Part shown: one piece after another, positions 23,195 to 35,549 of the stretch
Numbering within the stretch: position 1 is the stretch's first letter
Layout: each line of letters starts with the position of its first letter
NCBI GenBank assembly: GCA_029953675.1
Contig: JAMWBK010000006.1
Location: forward strand, 248,001 to 312,000
Direction of reading: 5' to 3'
Origin: Rhodosorus marinus CCMP1338
Lineage: Eukaryota; Plantae; Rhodophyta
DNA: 64,000 bases
Made by a program: the position numbers and the translations under genes
The notes under the pieces: generated by a model
What the model saw: the letters and a program-made list of their open reading frames with translations, nothing else
What the model was told of the DNA's origin: nothing
The model's database searches: none

Positions 23195-26100
23195 TTAAGA
23201 CTCTGGCTCTGGTTCGATTTCTTCCGCGTCCACTTCCACATCTCTCTCTGCTTCCTTGCTCTTCCCGAATGGGAAGAACTTCCTCTTCTGTGGGGTGGCT
23301 GACTGATTCGCTGCATCCTGATTGGCCTCGTTGAAGCTCGCATCGGTCAGGTACCTTTCAACATCCTTTGCCAAGTTCGGGTTGAGGGTTCGTCCATATC
23401 TCATCAGCCTAAGTCCCAGAGCAGCGGAGGATCACGAACGAAATCAGTTCCAAATCGCGTTCCAAGTCCCATGTCCCATATGGTCATTTACCCCCACTAC
23501 GATCCCCCTGCCTGCATCTAATAAGATAATTTCATGTTCTAATCCCTTCAATCACTTACCGCTTCGCTTCCTCAGGGTCGGCGACCAATCCCTTTCCTTC
23601 CATGGTGCACATTCCCAAGTAGAAAAACGCCTCAGCACAGTCCTGGTTAGCAGCTCTGTAAAACCACTTCACAGCTTCCGAAAAGTCCCTCCGTACTCCC
23701 AGACCGTAGAAATAATACCATCCAACCTACACAAACGGAACCAACAACCACAAGCACTTGTTTCAGCCAAAGCTCATATGAGTGATGCCCTGTAGCCACG
23801 GCTCCGAAACCCTTTGGGCTATTGATCTGGCTAGCTCTGGCTAAAATCACGTACCGCGTACTGAGCTTGGGCATAACCAGCCTCTGCAGCGATTCTGAAT
23901 TCCTCCAAACTCTTCTCGTACAAATTCATGTCGTGGTGATATTCCCCGAGAGTTAGATGCGCTTCCGCATCACCCCTCTTAGCCGCCTGTTTGATCCATT
24001 CCACAGCCTTCATGGAGTCTCTCGGAACGCCTCTGCCTTCAAAGTAGTAGATTCCAGTCTGGAGAGCAGATCGTGCGTCACCTGAAAAGTTGGACAATTA
24101 CGCTCAAATCTCGGAACCTTTTGTCCAATGTTTGCATCACGTCCATTAGAACGTATACAAATCGCTCCGCATTTCAACTCACCTCCGATGGCAGCTCTCT
24201 TCCAGTTAACGAATGCCAGTTCTTGGCTTTCTTCACAGCCAATTCCTTGATCGTACAACGAGGCCAGCTGTGCTACAGCGGTCATGTTCCCCAAGCCCGC
24301 AGCCCTCCTTGTCCATGTAAAACAGCGCTCATCGTCCTTCGGATAAGCGCGGAATTTGCTCTTGGTGAGTTGGATTTTGCCTTGCAAGTAAATCTGGCTC
24401 AGTTGGTAGCACATAACTCCAAGTTGGGCCTTATTGATCGTCTCCGGGAGTTTCTCCCAGTTCAAGGCGCCCAGGAGTCTATCAACCTCGGCAGGATCCT
24501 TCTCCAATCCAACACCTTGAAGGTAACAGTCCGCCGCTATGAGCTGCGACCTAATTACCCCTTGCTCAGCAGCTTTCAAGTGCCATTCCGCTCCTTCCTC
24601 GGGATTTGCATACTCAACCCCAACCCCTTGACCGTACAGGAGCTTGTCACCAAGTTTCACCTGGCAACTGACCAGACCACTTTGTGCGGCAATTCTGAGC
24701 GATCTCAGCATCACCGCCCGATCGCCTTGCTTCTCTGCAATCGCAGCTTTGAGCATGTTTACATAACCTTCAACCTGGTTCTTGAGCTTCAGCACAATAG
24801 AGACAAAACGCACGGCAGGAGTTTGGTATTCATCCTCCTCCTCTTCCTCTTCCTCGTCCTCGTCCTTATGAGCTTCAGTCTCCTCAGCTTCCCCTTCCCT
24901 GGCTTCTTCACTCACAACAGCTGCCGGAACAATCTCACTTGAACTAGCTGGCGCTGTACCAGTCGCAGCAGCCGCCGTTGCAGTTGTGGCCACCTCTATT
25001 GGCCCAACCTCGTCAGCAACTGACGATCGAGGTTTCGCCTCACCCGTCAGTTCCAGCGACTCAGGAGCAGCTCTTGGCGTTCCCGCAGCCGAAGGAATAG
25101 CAATTGCTGCAGCGCTCTTTGCTTCTTCTATTGCCTCGTGGACTGCATCATCTTCGACTAGTTTCGAGCCAGACTCGATGCCTCTGTCAGCAGCAGCGGT
25201 GGCAGCACCAGTGTCAACTGCAGTAGTCTCCGCTTTCACAGAAACTGCTCCAGCTTCAGCAGTTATAGCGGACGCAGCAGTCTCAGCGACGACATTAACC
25301 TCGGCGGCAACAGTCGTCACATCTTCCACTGCAGTCGTCCCTGTCGCGTTGTTTGATAGCCCAGAAAAGCTCTGGTCCTCTGAATACTCCGCCGGTTCTA
25401 CACTCGTAGATGCTTCCATGCCGACTTGAGCGAGCTCCACAGTTCTCTCCTCTACCGCTTCCACTACCTCCGATTCTACGATCGGCATTTCCGCTTCATC
25501 ATCATCCACATCCTCTTCTTCCTCCATCTCGTCACCAACCTTCTCGTCAACAACCTCCGCGTCGACAACCTCCTCGTCAACAACCTCCTCGTCAACAACC
25601 TCCGCGTCGACAACCTCCTCATCCACATCCTCTTCTTCTACAATCTCTTCCACAACCTCCTCCTCAACAACGTCCCCAGCATTCTCCATATCCTCTCCAG
25701 TGAGCATTGTCATTGCGACAGTTTCAACTGCTTGAGTTGCTTCCTCAAGAGGCGCCTCCATTTCTGCTTCACCCTCTGAATACTCTTCAATACTCTCAGC
25801 CTCTATTCTTACAGCAGTACCATGAACTAGCCCTACAGCTTCCTCCTCAGTATTTCCGGTTTCAATCAAATCCTCAAACTGAACCGGATCTAGAACTGGT
25901 TCGGTATGCTCTACATCACCTGGGGATCCTCCAACTCCTATGCGCGTGGCTCTTTGTCCTTGTTCTTTATAGCTCTGCCCTTCTTCCCCTTGACTAGCAG
26001 ATCCTATTTTAACTCCTTGAAAAGCTTGTCCCCGTCCTGCTGATACACGACCACGACCCCGCGGTCCCAAATCCTCGACCGCTCCAGTTAGTCCAACTGC

Positions 26101-26553
26101 CACAACCTCTTCAAGTTTCGGAATCGAGACTCTCGCGGAAGCCGGTCGTTCCTGAACAAATCCCGGTTGTCTTTCTTTAGCACTAGTTCCTTCTCCTGAG
26201 ACCTCCCGTTCAACCTCTCCAAATCCAGTGACCCCCAAGTCCTCAACCGCTCCAGACAATCCAGCCTCTACCACATCCTCAACCCTGGGAATCGAGACGC
26301 TCGAGGAAGTCGTCCGTTCAGAACGACTCGCTCTGTCACTTCCTCCGCTACCTCTATATTCCCCAAATACACTCTCCTCAACCTTCTTCACAGGCACCAC
26401 TAGTTCATCCCCTTCCTCACCCAAACCCTCAACAACTTTCTCCTCATCTTCTCCAAACAGTGCCGCCTCAACCACCTCTTCAACGCCTGGAATCGATACC
26501 GTCCCAGCCTTGATTGATGACCTTTTCCTACCCTTCTCATCAAAAGCCTCCAT
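23195..26553 (-). CDS. Sel1-like repeat protein with a long acidic low-complexity N-terminus, about 992 aa
   Basis: Exons 26553-24183, 24081-23855, 23726-23560, 23408-23195 join in frame. Several SLR units: LGDKLLYGQGVG..EGAEWHLKAAEQG, LASLYDQGIGCEESQELAFVNWKRAA, TGIYYFEGRGVPRDSMKAVEWIKQAAKRG, VGWYYFYGLGVRRDFSEAVKWFYRAANQD. Confidence 0.88.
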
Positions 26554-28854
26554 TTTCCAATATTCTTCAAATTAAAATATCTAAACAATAATCTATATAC
26601 AAAATATTCATATACCCCCCCTTAAACAATGTTTAAGATTCAATCAACAAGGAGAACTGTTCTTCAAGAAGAACGAAAAGAGGTGTGAGTCCCGCCTGCT
26701 TCGACGATGAGCAAAAGGGCTTGGCGTCTCTTTCCTTCCCGTGTTCCTGTTTAACAACCAAGAAGAAACTTATCTGCCTTTCTTTGTCTGGATGGTAGAG
26801 TCGTGGATACCTTGTTCAGCCTTTTGAGCTTTGGAACTTTTCTAGAGCAACCACGTGGTGGTGGAGTTTTGGTTCCATTGAAGAGGTGTGTATGTTTTGG
26901 TTTTTTTCATGTTTTTGATGTGTGTATCCGTTGAAAATGAGATATTGGACGCTGCAGGGGTTCTGGATTGGATCGCTGGTTTCTTTTTCGAGCGGTTTCG
27001 TTTTCTCTGTATCGGAGCGATTCGGTGTGTGTGGGTCTCTGGACTTTTACGCCCGTTTGTTGGGAGCTACGTTGGTTCCCGGATAGGGTTGTTACATCTT
27101 TTTCTTGCTGTTCAGTAAGCGATAGTCTCCTGCAATCTGCGTTGTGACTTATATTAGTTTTGCCGGGCACCACAAAATAAGCAAGGTATTGCCTATAGCA
27201 CCCTGCACGCTGTGAGCTCTGAGTGAGTTGCTCGATCAGCCCCATCCGTCATCGAGCAGCACAATCGCAAAGCTGAGGATAGGTCGCAGCCGATGATCAG
27301 GTCCCCATCTGGCCCCAAACATCCAATATCAGTTTTCCATGATCAGGGTTCTTTTGTACAACCACAACTTTCCATGACATACAGGCTCTTAAGGAAGGAG
27401 CCACATAGAGCCCTGTAGAAGGAGCATAAGCGTCAAAAACTCTGTCTCTCATCTCGAGAACAAAACTCTCCAACCACTGCCAGGAAATCCGAAACCGGCC
27501 GATCCCGACGAATTCGGCAATATTGACTACTTCAATCAATATAATGACCTTCCACTTGAGCATCGCCTTTGGGGTAGATGAAATGAGTATTGCTCCAATA
27601 GTCTCTAATATTTTATTATAATAAACAAAATCTCCATCTCACGAACCCCCTCCATCTGTTCACATCTGCTGAACGTATTCGTCGGTTTTCAATAATGACA
27701 GCTGACACGTTAATATTGCCAAACGGTCAGATTTCACGAAATGCTTGAGTTTTTCGAACATCTTGTACCATTCGATTCAATACGTTAAATACATTCGTCC
27801 TTTTATAAAGCAATGTCATAAATATTTAATTTTCCAGAAACATATCGAACCGAATACGATATAATACATGTATTTTCGAAAATACATAGAGTATAAATAA
27901 TGTTTGTGGCGTAGTTTATCGGAAAAGATATAATCGATGATATTTTAAAGAATTTTCATAAGCTGATTCTTGTTGGTGTTTCTGCATGGAGTGTCGGATT
28001 GATGGGCATAGTGAATGGAAACAGCTAAAGTGGAATGTACCCAAAACATGTCCTCAACTGGATGCTGCTGGATTGCTGACATCATGAAGTAGAAGGTTGT
28101 ACTTTTCTAACGAAGAACAAGAGATCGATCTCGCAAGATCTACTGGAGAGCTGTTTTAGTCCCTAATGTTCCTGACACTGTTTCCCGTAGAATGTAGTAT
28201 CGTACTCCACTCAAGGGTCTCCTTAGCATCGCTTAATTTGCTTTTCTTGCGCATCCCTAGCGCTACATTCGGTAGCTTCAAGTAAACAGTCTCTAATCCG
28301 TCCCATGTATTGCGTGCTTAATGATTTTGGTCGGAAGATGACGACCCCGGCATGCTGTAATGAATATATACGAAGCATTTTGTTCTGTATGAGGTGAATA
28401 AATAGCTTCATAAAACAAAACCTTATCCTTAGTGCTAAAAGAGGAACAAGAGATCAATCCTGTAGATCTAGTGCCCCCTCCCCTAGTGTAGTCCCTCCGA
28501 CCTACTGTTCTGGTTTTTCTGGAAGACTGAATAACTCCCGGTGAGTCTCCTAGGATATTGAAATCGTGAGACTTCTTACTAGAAGCGAACACCAGCAAAC
28601 TTCTAATAGCTACAAAGCGCAACCAAAGAACTCCCCCATCCACTAGGTGCTCCTCCGGTTGACGATGATGGTCAGTACCTATTGGATTCATGAGGTTGTG
28701 ATAGGATGTTAGTAACGTGCAGTTAGGATTGTAAAAAAGGCCGCGGTCCGGAGGTTGTGGGGTTGAGGTTGAAGGCAATTTAGAAAGCTATGTAGAAGAT
28801 TTTGTTTTGTCCTGTTCTTGTGTATGTGCATACTAGATAAATAAGAATGGTGAG

Positions 28855-31080
28855 ATGATTGGAGTTTCTGCGAGATTTGGTGATAGTGAGGGTGATGGAT
28901 CGCTGGAGGAATACGTGGGACGAGGAGGATCATCTGGATCTACGGGGTCGATTGCTAATGCTTTGGACAACTTTGAGATTGCTGAAGGTCTCAGTAGTCG
29001 AGCATCACACGGAACAGATGCATTTAGGTATGGAAGCCTGGTCACCCCGTCCAGATGTTGCTTTCCTTTCGCTCATTTTGGTTTGTCTTCTCGGCCATCA
29101 CGGAGTGAGTCTAGGAGTCCAAGAAGGTCATTATCTCAGCGAAGATCTTTAGAAAATGCCTCAGAAGATGAATCGTCCGCATCTGCGTACATCGCTTCCC
29201 TGGGAACCATCTCGGGAATCTACAACGACCTTCAGAGGGAGAGAGACCTGATGGTCCAGGATGCAGAACGAGTCTACAAAGAACGAATTTCATCCGTATC
29301 GCGATTGAGAAAGCTCGAGGTAAGTAAAGGAACTAGATCTCCGTGGCCGATAGTTGGTGCAATGGAACACTGCAACTGAACAGGCGTGGTTTGGGGTTTT
29401 GTACAGACAAAGCTCATGGACCTTTCTCAAGAAAAATTGTCCCTGGAAGAAAGACTTGAAGCGCTTGGACTTAAGGATGAAGAACTGCGTGAAAAAATCT
29501 TAAACTTGGATAAGAAGGTAGGTTGGCAGCTCCTTGTCTACCCAGGTCCTTTCGTTCCTGGCAGCTCCTTGTCTACCCAGGTCCTTTCGTTCCTGAACGT
29601 TGAGACTGTCAATTCTCCCACCACCACCACGCCCATTCTCAACGTTAAAAAGGCGGAAGAGATATGTACGGAAAGCCAGAAATTCGAATTCGCGATACGA
29701 GAAATGAGAGGAGAATCCACGTCATCCAACGCTGTCGAAAGCGGCGGCGAGACCGCGTCCACAGTACCTAGCAACCATTCATCATCATCGTGCTTGAGGA
29801 CTCTCTTTGGCCACTCTGGCCAAGTCCTCTGTGTTGATGCCTGTCCGGAGAGCCGTGTAGTTATCTCTGGTAAGCGCGAATACATCCTTACAACCAGGAC
29901 TGAAAACGCAGTATTCATCACAGGAATTGCCCCTCTTTTTCAACTGCCCAGGTTCGGCGGACAAGTCCTTGCGCACTTGGGACATGGACACTGGACGTCG
30001 ACAGGATGCATTGTATGGTCACAACGGATGGGTTCACTGTGTCCGGCTGCAAGAGCACAAGGCTGTAACCGGATCCGGAGATAAGACTATAAAGATATGG
30101 GACATTCTACCTGCAACGGACAACATCGGCTACGGAGTAGGCGTTGGTGGTCCCTGTCAAGCGACTTTTGTGGGTATGCGATACTTCCACGGACACATTG
30201 CTTTCTGTGGATGATTGGACTTTGACAAAGCCCGCACAATTGCACAGCCAGGATGCTCTAAGCGTTCAGTCACCGCGCAGAACAGCGGGTTCCCAACCTC
30301 TGCTCAACAGTAACGCCTCGCTCACTTCTTTCTGATCAGGTCATGACGCCGGAGTCACGTGCGTAGATTTCGATTCGTCTCATGTGCTGAGCGGGTCGAT
30401 GGACAGGACAATTCGACGGTGGAATCTTGAGCACCACAACGATGAGGTCTTTGAATTGATCGGGCATGATGGGGCAGTTTCCTGTCTCCAATTTTGGTCG
30501 TAAGACTTTCCCACACGCTCCTTTCTTTGTCCTCCTGCAGTAGAACGCACTAACCTTGTTCCGTCCATGACGTCTTTAGCTATGCCCTTGTAACTGGCAG
30601 TGTGGATAAGTCGATTCGCATGTGGGACCTGAGGACCGGGAAATCTCATAGAACCCTACGAGGTCATGCAGGCCCGGTTCGATCGCTTCAGTTTGATGAT
30701 AGGATAATCATCAGTGGAGGGCTGGATCGCCAAGCCCTGGTTTGGGACATAAGAACAGGCAAAGTGATACAATGCATAGAGACTCCTGGACAGGTGCTGG
30801 GGCTGTGTTTTTCTAGAGGAGAATGCCTTGTAGCTTCCTCAGACAAGGTCATTTATGTAAGACTAGCAGAGCAATAGCCTCATCAATTACTGTGGGTAGC
30901 GCTACTGAGCGCTCCGATCTAAAATGCGGAAGTTAACCTTCGTGGCAGGTATACGATGTCTCTAGCGGAAAGGTTTTGACGGAAAAGCATGGACATTCGG
31001 GTGCGGTTTTGTGTGTTGTACAGGCGGAAGACAAAGCCGTTTCGGGATCTACCGATCACACATGTCGCCTGTGGATATAG
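28855..31080 (+). CDS. MDV1: Coiled-coil + WD40 protein, Mdv1/Caf4/Mda1-like mitochondrial division adaptor, about 522 aa (start uncertain)
   Basis: join(28855-29027,29115-29319,29407-29517,29581-29869,29952-30173,30340-30499,30580-30856,30949-31080). An N-terminal extension and heptad coiled coil precede about 7 WD repeats, including ALVTGSVDKSIRMWDLRTGKSHRTLRGHAGPVRSLQFDD, which resembles fungal Mdv1. The WD40 call is secure; the orthology is moderate. Confidence 0.65.
29524..29593. repeat. Perfect 35-bp tandem duplication spanning a 3' splice site
   Basis: tggcagctccttgtctacccaggtcctttcgttcc occurs twice head-to-tail. Confidence 0.95.
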
Positions 31081-31308
31081 ATGAGCATATAAGGCCTTCC
31101 TCACAGTGTCCACGTCGCAAGAGGACGTGCATATGAACACTGGTTCTGAAGAAGAAGAAGAAGATAGCAGGAATGGTTCTTGCAGATAGCATTTGTTTTC
31201 ACATCGATAAAATACACCTGTACATCCATATGTTTGACTAATCCACACTATTACCACGCGTGCTGGGCCCCAAAAATTTACGACACCACACAAGGACTAA
31301 GCCGCTGC

Positions 31309-33772
31309 TCAGGTCTTGCCGCTGCCAGTAACCTGGTGGGCTGGCTTCGTGGAGTCACCGTCGGGGATGTCCCCTCCATCATGCTCTGCTGTACATAATC
31401 CTGCGAATGCATCAAGAATTCTTTCCACGGAATCTTTCGCTTTCGTTGGCTTTAGTGGGCTGGGTGCATCCACAGCTTTCTTCATCCGTTCCTCAAGCTG
31501 CGCAAGAGCGTCTTGCTTTCCCGCCAGCTCCGCAGTGAGCCATGCCAGAACGCACACCGTGTCGGCGTCAAAACGCATGAATCGTTTCCTCACCACCTCC
31601 TGTACCTTGCTGAGCTTGCGCGAACCGCGCTGTACACTTATTCCGTGCCGCAGTCGCTTTCGCCGCATCCCTTCCAAGCTAAGGGCTCCCGCCATCTGCG
31701 GGGAAGGCGGGAGATAGAAGCCCTTGTTCGTCACTATATCACACTGACAGAGTTGATCCTGCAAATTCGGCGGCCTTCGCAACGCCTTTGCTTTGAACGA
31801 AGCGAGCAACGCTTCATGCATGGCTGGTCCGACCTCCGGATCCTCTTCTATTACGGTTCTTAACGCGCACAGGTACTCGGACAGAAGAACCGCAGCAATA
31901 GCTGCACAGCTTCTCCCGATGACGTCACCACCGGCATGGGCCACAGCCAAGACCAACCTCGCACTGGCCTGTACGACTCGCAGTGACCGCGTGGGCCTTT
32001 CAATGCGAAACACGGAAGAAACAAAGTCAACAAAGCTGGCTCCGAGAGAGTTGATCACATCAGCCGTAAAGCTATCGTCATCCAGGTCGGACTTTGGCAA
32101 CTGGTTTCCCGTCACAAAATCGTAGCCAGAGAGAGACGATGAAACGTTTATCTCCCCGCTGTCATCCAAAGCCGGGGACCTAGGACTATGGCCTGTTCCG
32201 TTCACATCCGGACACTCTCCATGGCAGCACTCGGCACTGTTCGTAGAATTCCTTGCAAGCGCAAACCCTGCGTTGATAAGGTCGTCATATTCACACAAAG
32301 GATACGATACGAGGGCTTCTACTGCGCAAAGGGCCATGTGGACAGCTCTCTCGTCTCTAGACAACATCACGAGATCCTTCAGGCTCTGGCTCGGGGTCTG
32401 ACCATTGTGGGAGAAAGAGCTTAGCATCTCCGCGGTCATTGCTCTTCCAATGAGTTTGTGTTTCAAGAGAACCAGACAAAGCGCAACATGCCATCCGAAA
32501 ATTCCAGCTCGTCGTTCGAACCTGCCCAGCTGCGCTCCGTCCGAGCCAGCGAGGGACGCCATTTCAATAAGCGGTGGCTGCACAAACTCGCGAATGGCAG
32601 CTCCACCAAGGTAAGCTCCAATTGTCCGTTCGTTGTTCGCTATCGCTTCGTTAACATAGTCCAAAATGCTCTCCAATTCACACATTTGGTTGTCAATGCT
32701 GTGCAGTGTGGCATCGGGAAGATCAGCTTGGGCGCAGCGAGAGAAAGCTCTCTCCACGAGATCTTCGATTGATCGCACGTAGAAGAATAGTCGATTGAAA
32801 TAGTGTGCTTCTGAGTTCAGGTCCTTCGTCGCATATTCGAGAACGCGCTCATCTTCCAGATTGAAGATGCTCAGGGTTGCGTTGCGGATGGCTATTCTGA
32901 ACATAGGTTCCTTGTGGTCGAAAAGCTCGGTCGCCTTTTCGTATAAGGGGAATGATTGCGCGTCCTCGTTGAAGAAAAATTGTAGCAGGTCATCGTTGAG
33001 CCTGTTTGTTATCCCGCGTATAAGCGAGATCAGGTGACCGATGAGTTCAAGGTCGTCGCGATCCGCCTTGAACGTCAATATCTCGTTGATGTGGTTCCGC
33101 GAGAAGAGGTTGTACAGAGACGTGTCGTTCCGAAAGCTCTGTACCATGATCGAAATGCTTTGAAGGCATTGCCTTCGGACACCGGGCGACGCCGTGTGCT
33201 TCAGTATTTCCGATATATGAAACATCACTTGACCGTTCATGAAGACATCCCAGAGAGATGGGTTGTTCTGGTCCCCCCAAACCACGATCTGAGCGAGCGC
33301 TCTGATGGCCTCCACAGCCTCAGCGTCTCTTCCAGGCGACCGACGACGCATTCTCGACGCCCCATCCCTGTTGGAATATCTTTGTACAATCTGATTGCGA
33401 GAAAGTAAGACGCGAACAAATTAGGAAACGGCGTTTGCTGTAAGTAGCACGGCGGGACAACGCAAAGAGATCCAAAAATCTCATGGCAAGCAACTCGCTG
33501 CCGAAAAAATGAACTCGAAAAATACGCACCAGGATGACTTCCGTCAAAAACGCCTCATCAAGTTCTCTTTCAGATGAAAGTCTGGTTAGACTTTCGTGGA
33601 GGCTGTTTACTTCGGTGTCCGTCGTTTTATCGTCACCGGGCTCCTCATGTGCATGGCCACTGTTGAAAGAGCGCTCTTCATTGCTAGACGACGACAGTGG
33701 AGTCACAGTCACAAGCTGCAACAGGCGTGGGTGCAGGCTCAAAAAGGAGCTAAATCTATGACTGCGACTCAT
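31309..33772 (-). CDS. CLEC16A: CLEC16A/TT9/Gop-1 family protein (FPL domain), about 774 aa
   Basis: Exons 33772-33530 and 33390-31309. Motifs VEAIRALAQIVVWGDQNNPSLWDVF, QCLQSISIMVQS, SLYNLFSRNHINEIL, FFFNEDAQSFPLY and HKEPMFRIAIRNATL. The first exon is less certain. Confidence 0.88.
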
Positions 33773-34548
33773 TCATCCGCCTGCCACAAAACTATCTACA
33801 CACCCTCACCTCCCCCTCCGGAGATCCACAGAGCACAATTAACACCCCTTCAAAAATCAAATCACCACCTCATCCTTTGTATGATCGCTTCCCGGTCAAG
33901 CACATATCAATACATAATCCATCACACCATGCGAAATCTATGAAACTCCGTCCTCGCTCCGTACTTTCCAGACAACTTCTCGTCTTCCGTTCCCACCTCA
34001 ACCAAAAGCTAACTTCCCGAAGACTACCTCTACCAGCATCAACTAGCTCTCTCCCATGTCACAAACTCAGACCCATCTCCACCCTCCACAGACAATACCA
34101 TCATCAACTCTCATAAAAACAAAAACCCATACACTTCTAAAACCAAAAAAAAAAAATGCCTACCTCAACTCTACCACCCCCCACAACATCACTTCCACCA
34201 AAAAAAAACCCACCGAAAGAAACCACTACACCTAAACAGTAACCCTGACCATCATCTTCACCACTCATATATCACTTTCTCCCCATGAGCATGTTGTAAC
34301 CCCATCGAAGCAACCCCAAGGCCCGCTCCCCACACAAAAACATATATTGAATCGAACGCCCTCATCACCACCTTCCACGATTCAATCAATTCAACGTAAT
34401 TCAATCTTTACATAATTGATTGAATTCTTTCTGCTGTCCTTTTGAAAACAAAAATTTCTAGAAAAGATGAGGTATCCGTGAAAAAAACAAAACTGAATAT
34501 TGAAACAAAATAGGCTGACTGTTGGCGGTGTACTGGATTACCCCCGGG

Positions 34549-34569
34549 GTGTGTGTGTGTGTGTGTGTG
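34549..34569. repeat. (GT)n microsatellite
   Basis: gtgtgtgtgtgtgtgtgtgtg in an intergenic region. Confidence 0.85.
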
Positions 34570-35549
34570 GGGAAGGACTTCTTTTGAGGTGGTGGGTAAG
34601 GTAGCCTGTGGCTGGAAATACTTGGATTATTTCAGATAAATACATGATAAGCGATTTATTCGGAATTATATCGGGGGGATAATTTGATGGTAAATTTTAT
34701 TTCCGAATGGTAAGCGGGGTAAAGGATGCTCGTTTATTTTTTGTAATAATTTTTTGTAGATATTGGAATCATTTGATTTTGATTTTCCAAAAACAATTAT
34801 ATAGGACAGACTGTCCGATGGTTTTTCGGATGTGTCAGGAAACCAAGTAGGGCATTTCTGAGCTGCAGCTGTTTCGATGGGGGGTGGGGGGAAGTGTTGG
34901 ATGGATGGAGTGTTGGCTACAGCTACCTCTCCAGCCTCCAGTCTTCGTCCAGGATTTTAGGACAATGAAACATGTAGCGCAGTTCTTGTTTTTCCTCTGA
35001 TAACCCCGGATAGTGAGCTTGATCGACCTGGGTTTGTTTTTACTGCTCTTCAACGAGAGCGGTGGTCATCGAGGTTCTTCTGGAATCGTAAGAACGGATA
35101 CTCCCACTAGTATACGCCAGCTGTGGTGGCATTTGTCTGGGCATACTTTGTACCGTGCCAGTGTATTCATCTTAGAAGGTCTCGCGAGATTTCTCCGTTG
35201 TTCTTGTCGAAGTTGTTTTTAAGCAAGATCCACTGCTTCCCCCACCGTTGACGACCTGTGGGTCGGGTAAGCTGCCTTTACGCAACCTTCTGATCGACCG
35301 TGATTGGTTTGGGAGACCTTAGCACTATGCGCAGCATTCTGATCTGCGAAGGACACGAAATCGTTCGAGGGATGACTGGAGTAGTTATTTTCTAGAAGAG
35401 AGGAGATCCTCATTTAAGGGTCTTCCAGAGCCCTCTTTTCCTCTCTTCCACAGGTCTTCAGTCTGACTCGTCACAGGATTGCTACAACAATAAGCGCATT
35501 CAGAGGGATCAAAAGTTTCTTGGCAGCGGCACCTAGTCAAGATACATAT

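Noticed and set aside
24073-24942. 289-aa + ORF
   Set aside because: Antisense to the Sel1 exon, with no motifs.
28293-28778. 161-aa - ORF with LVDGGVLW, vaguely transposase-like
   Set aside because: Non-ATG start and no supporting catalytic motifs or terminal repeats.
29524-29593. 35-bp direct repeat as a CRISPR-like array
   Set aside because: Only two adjacent copies with no spacer, inside a eukaryotic gene.
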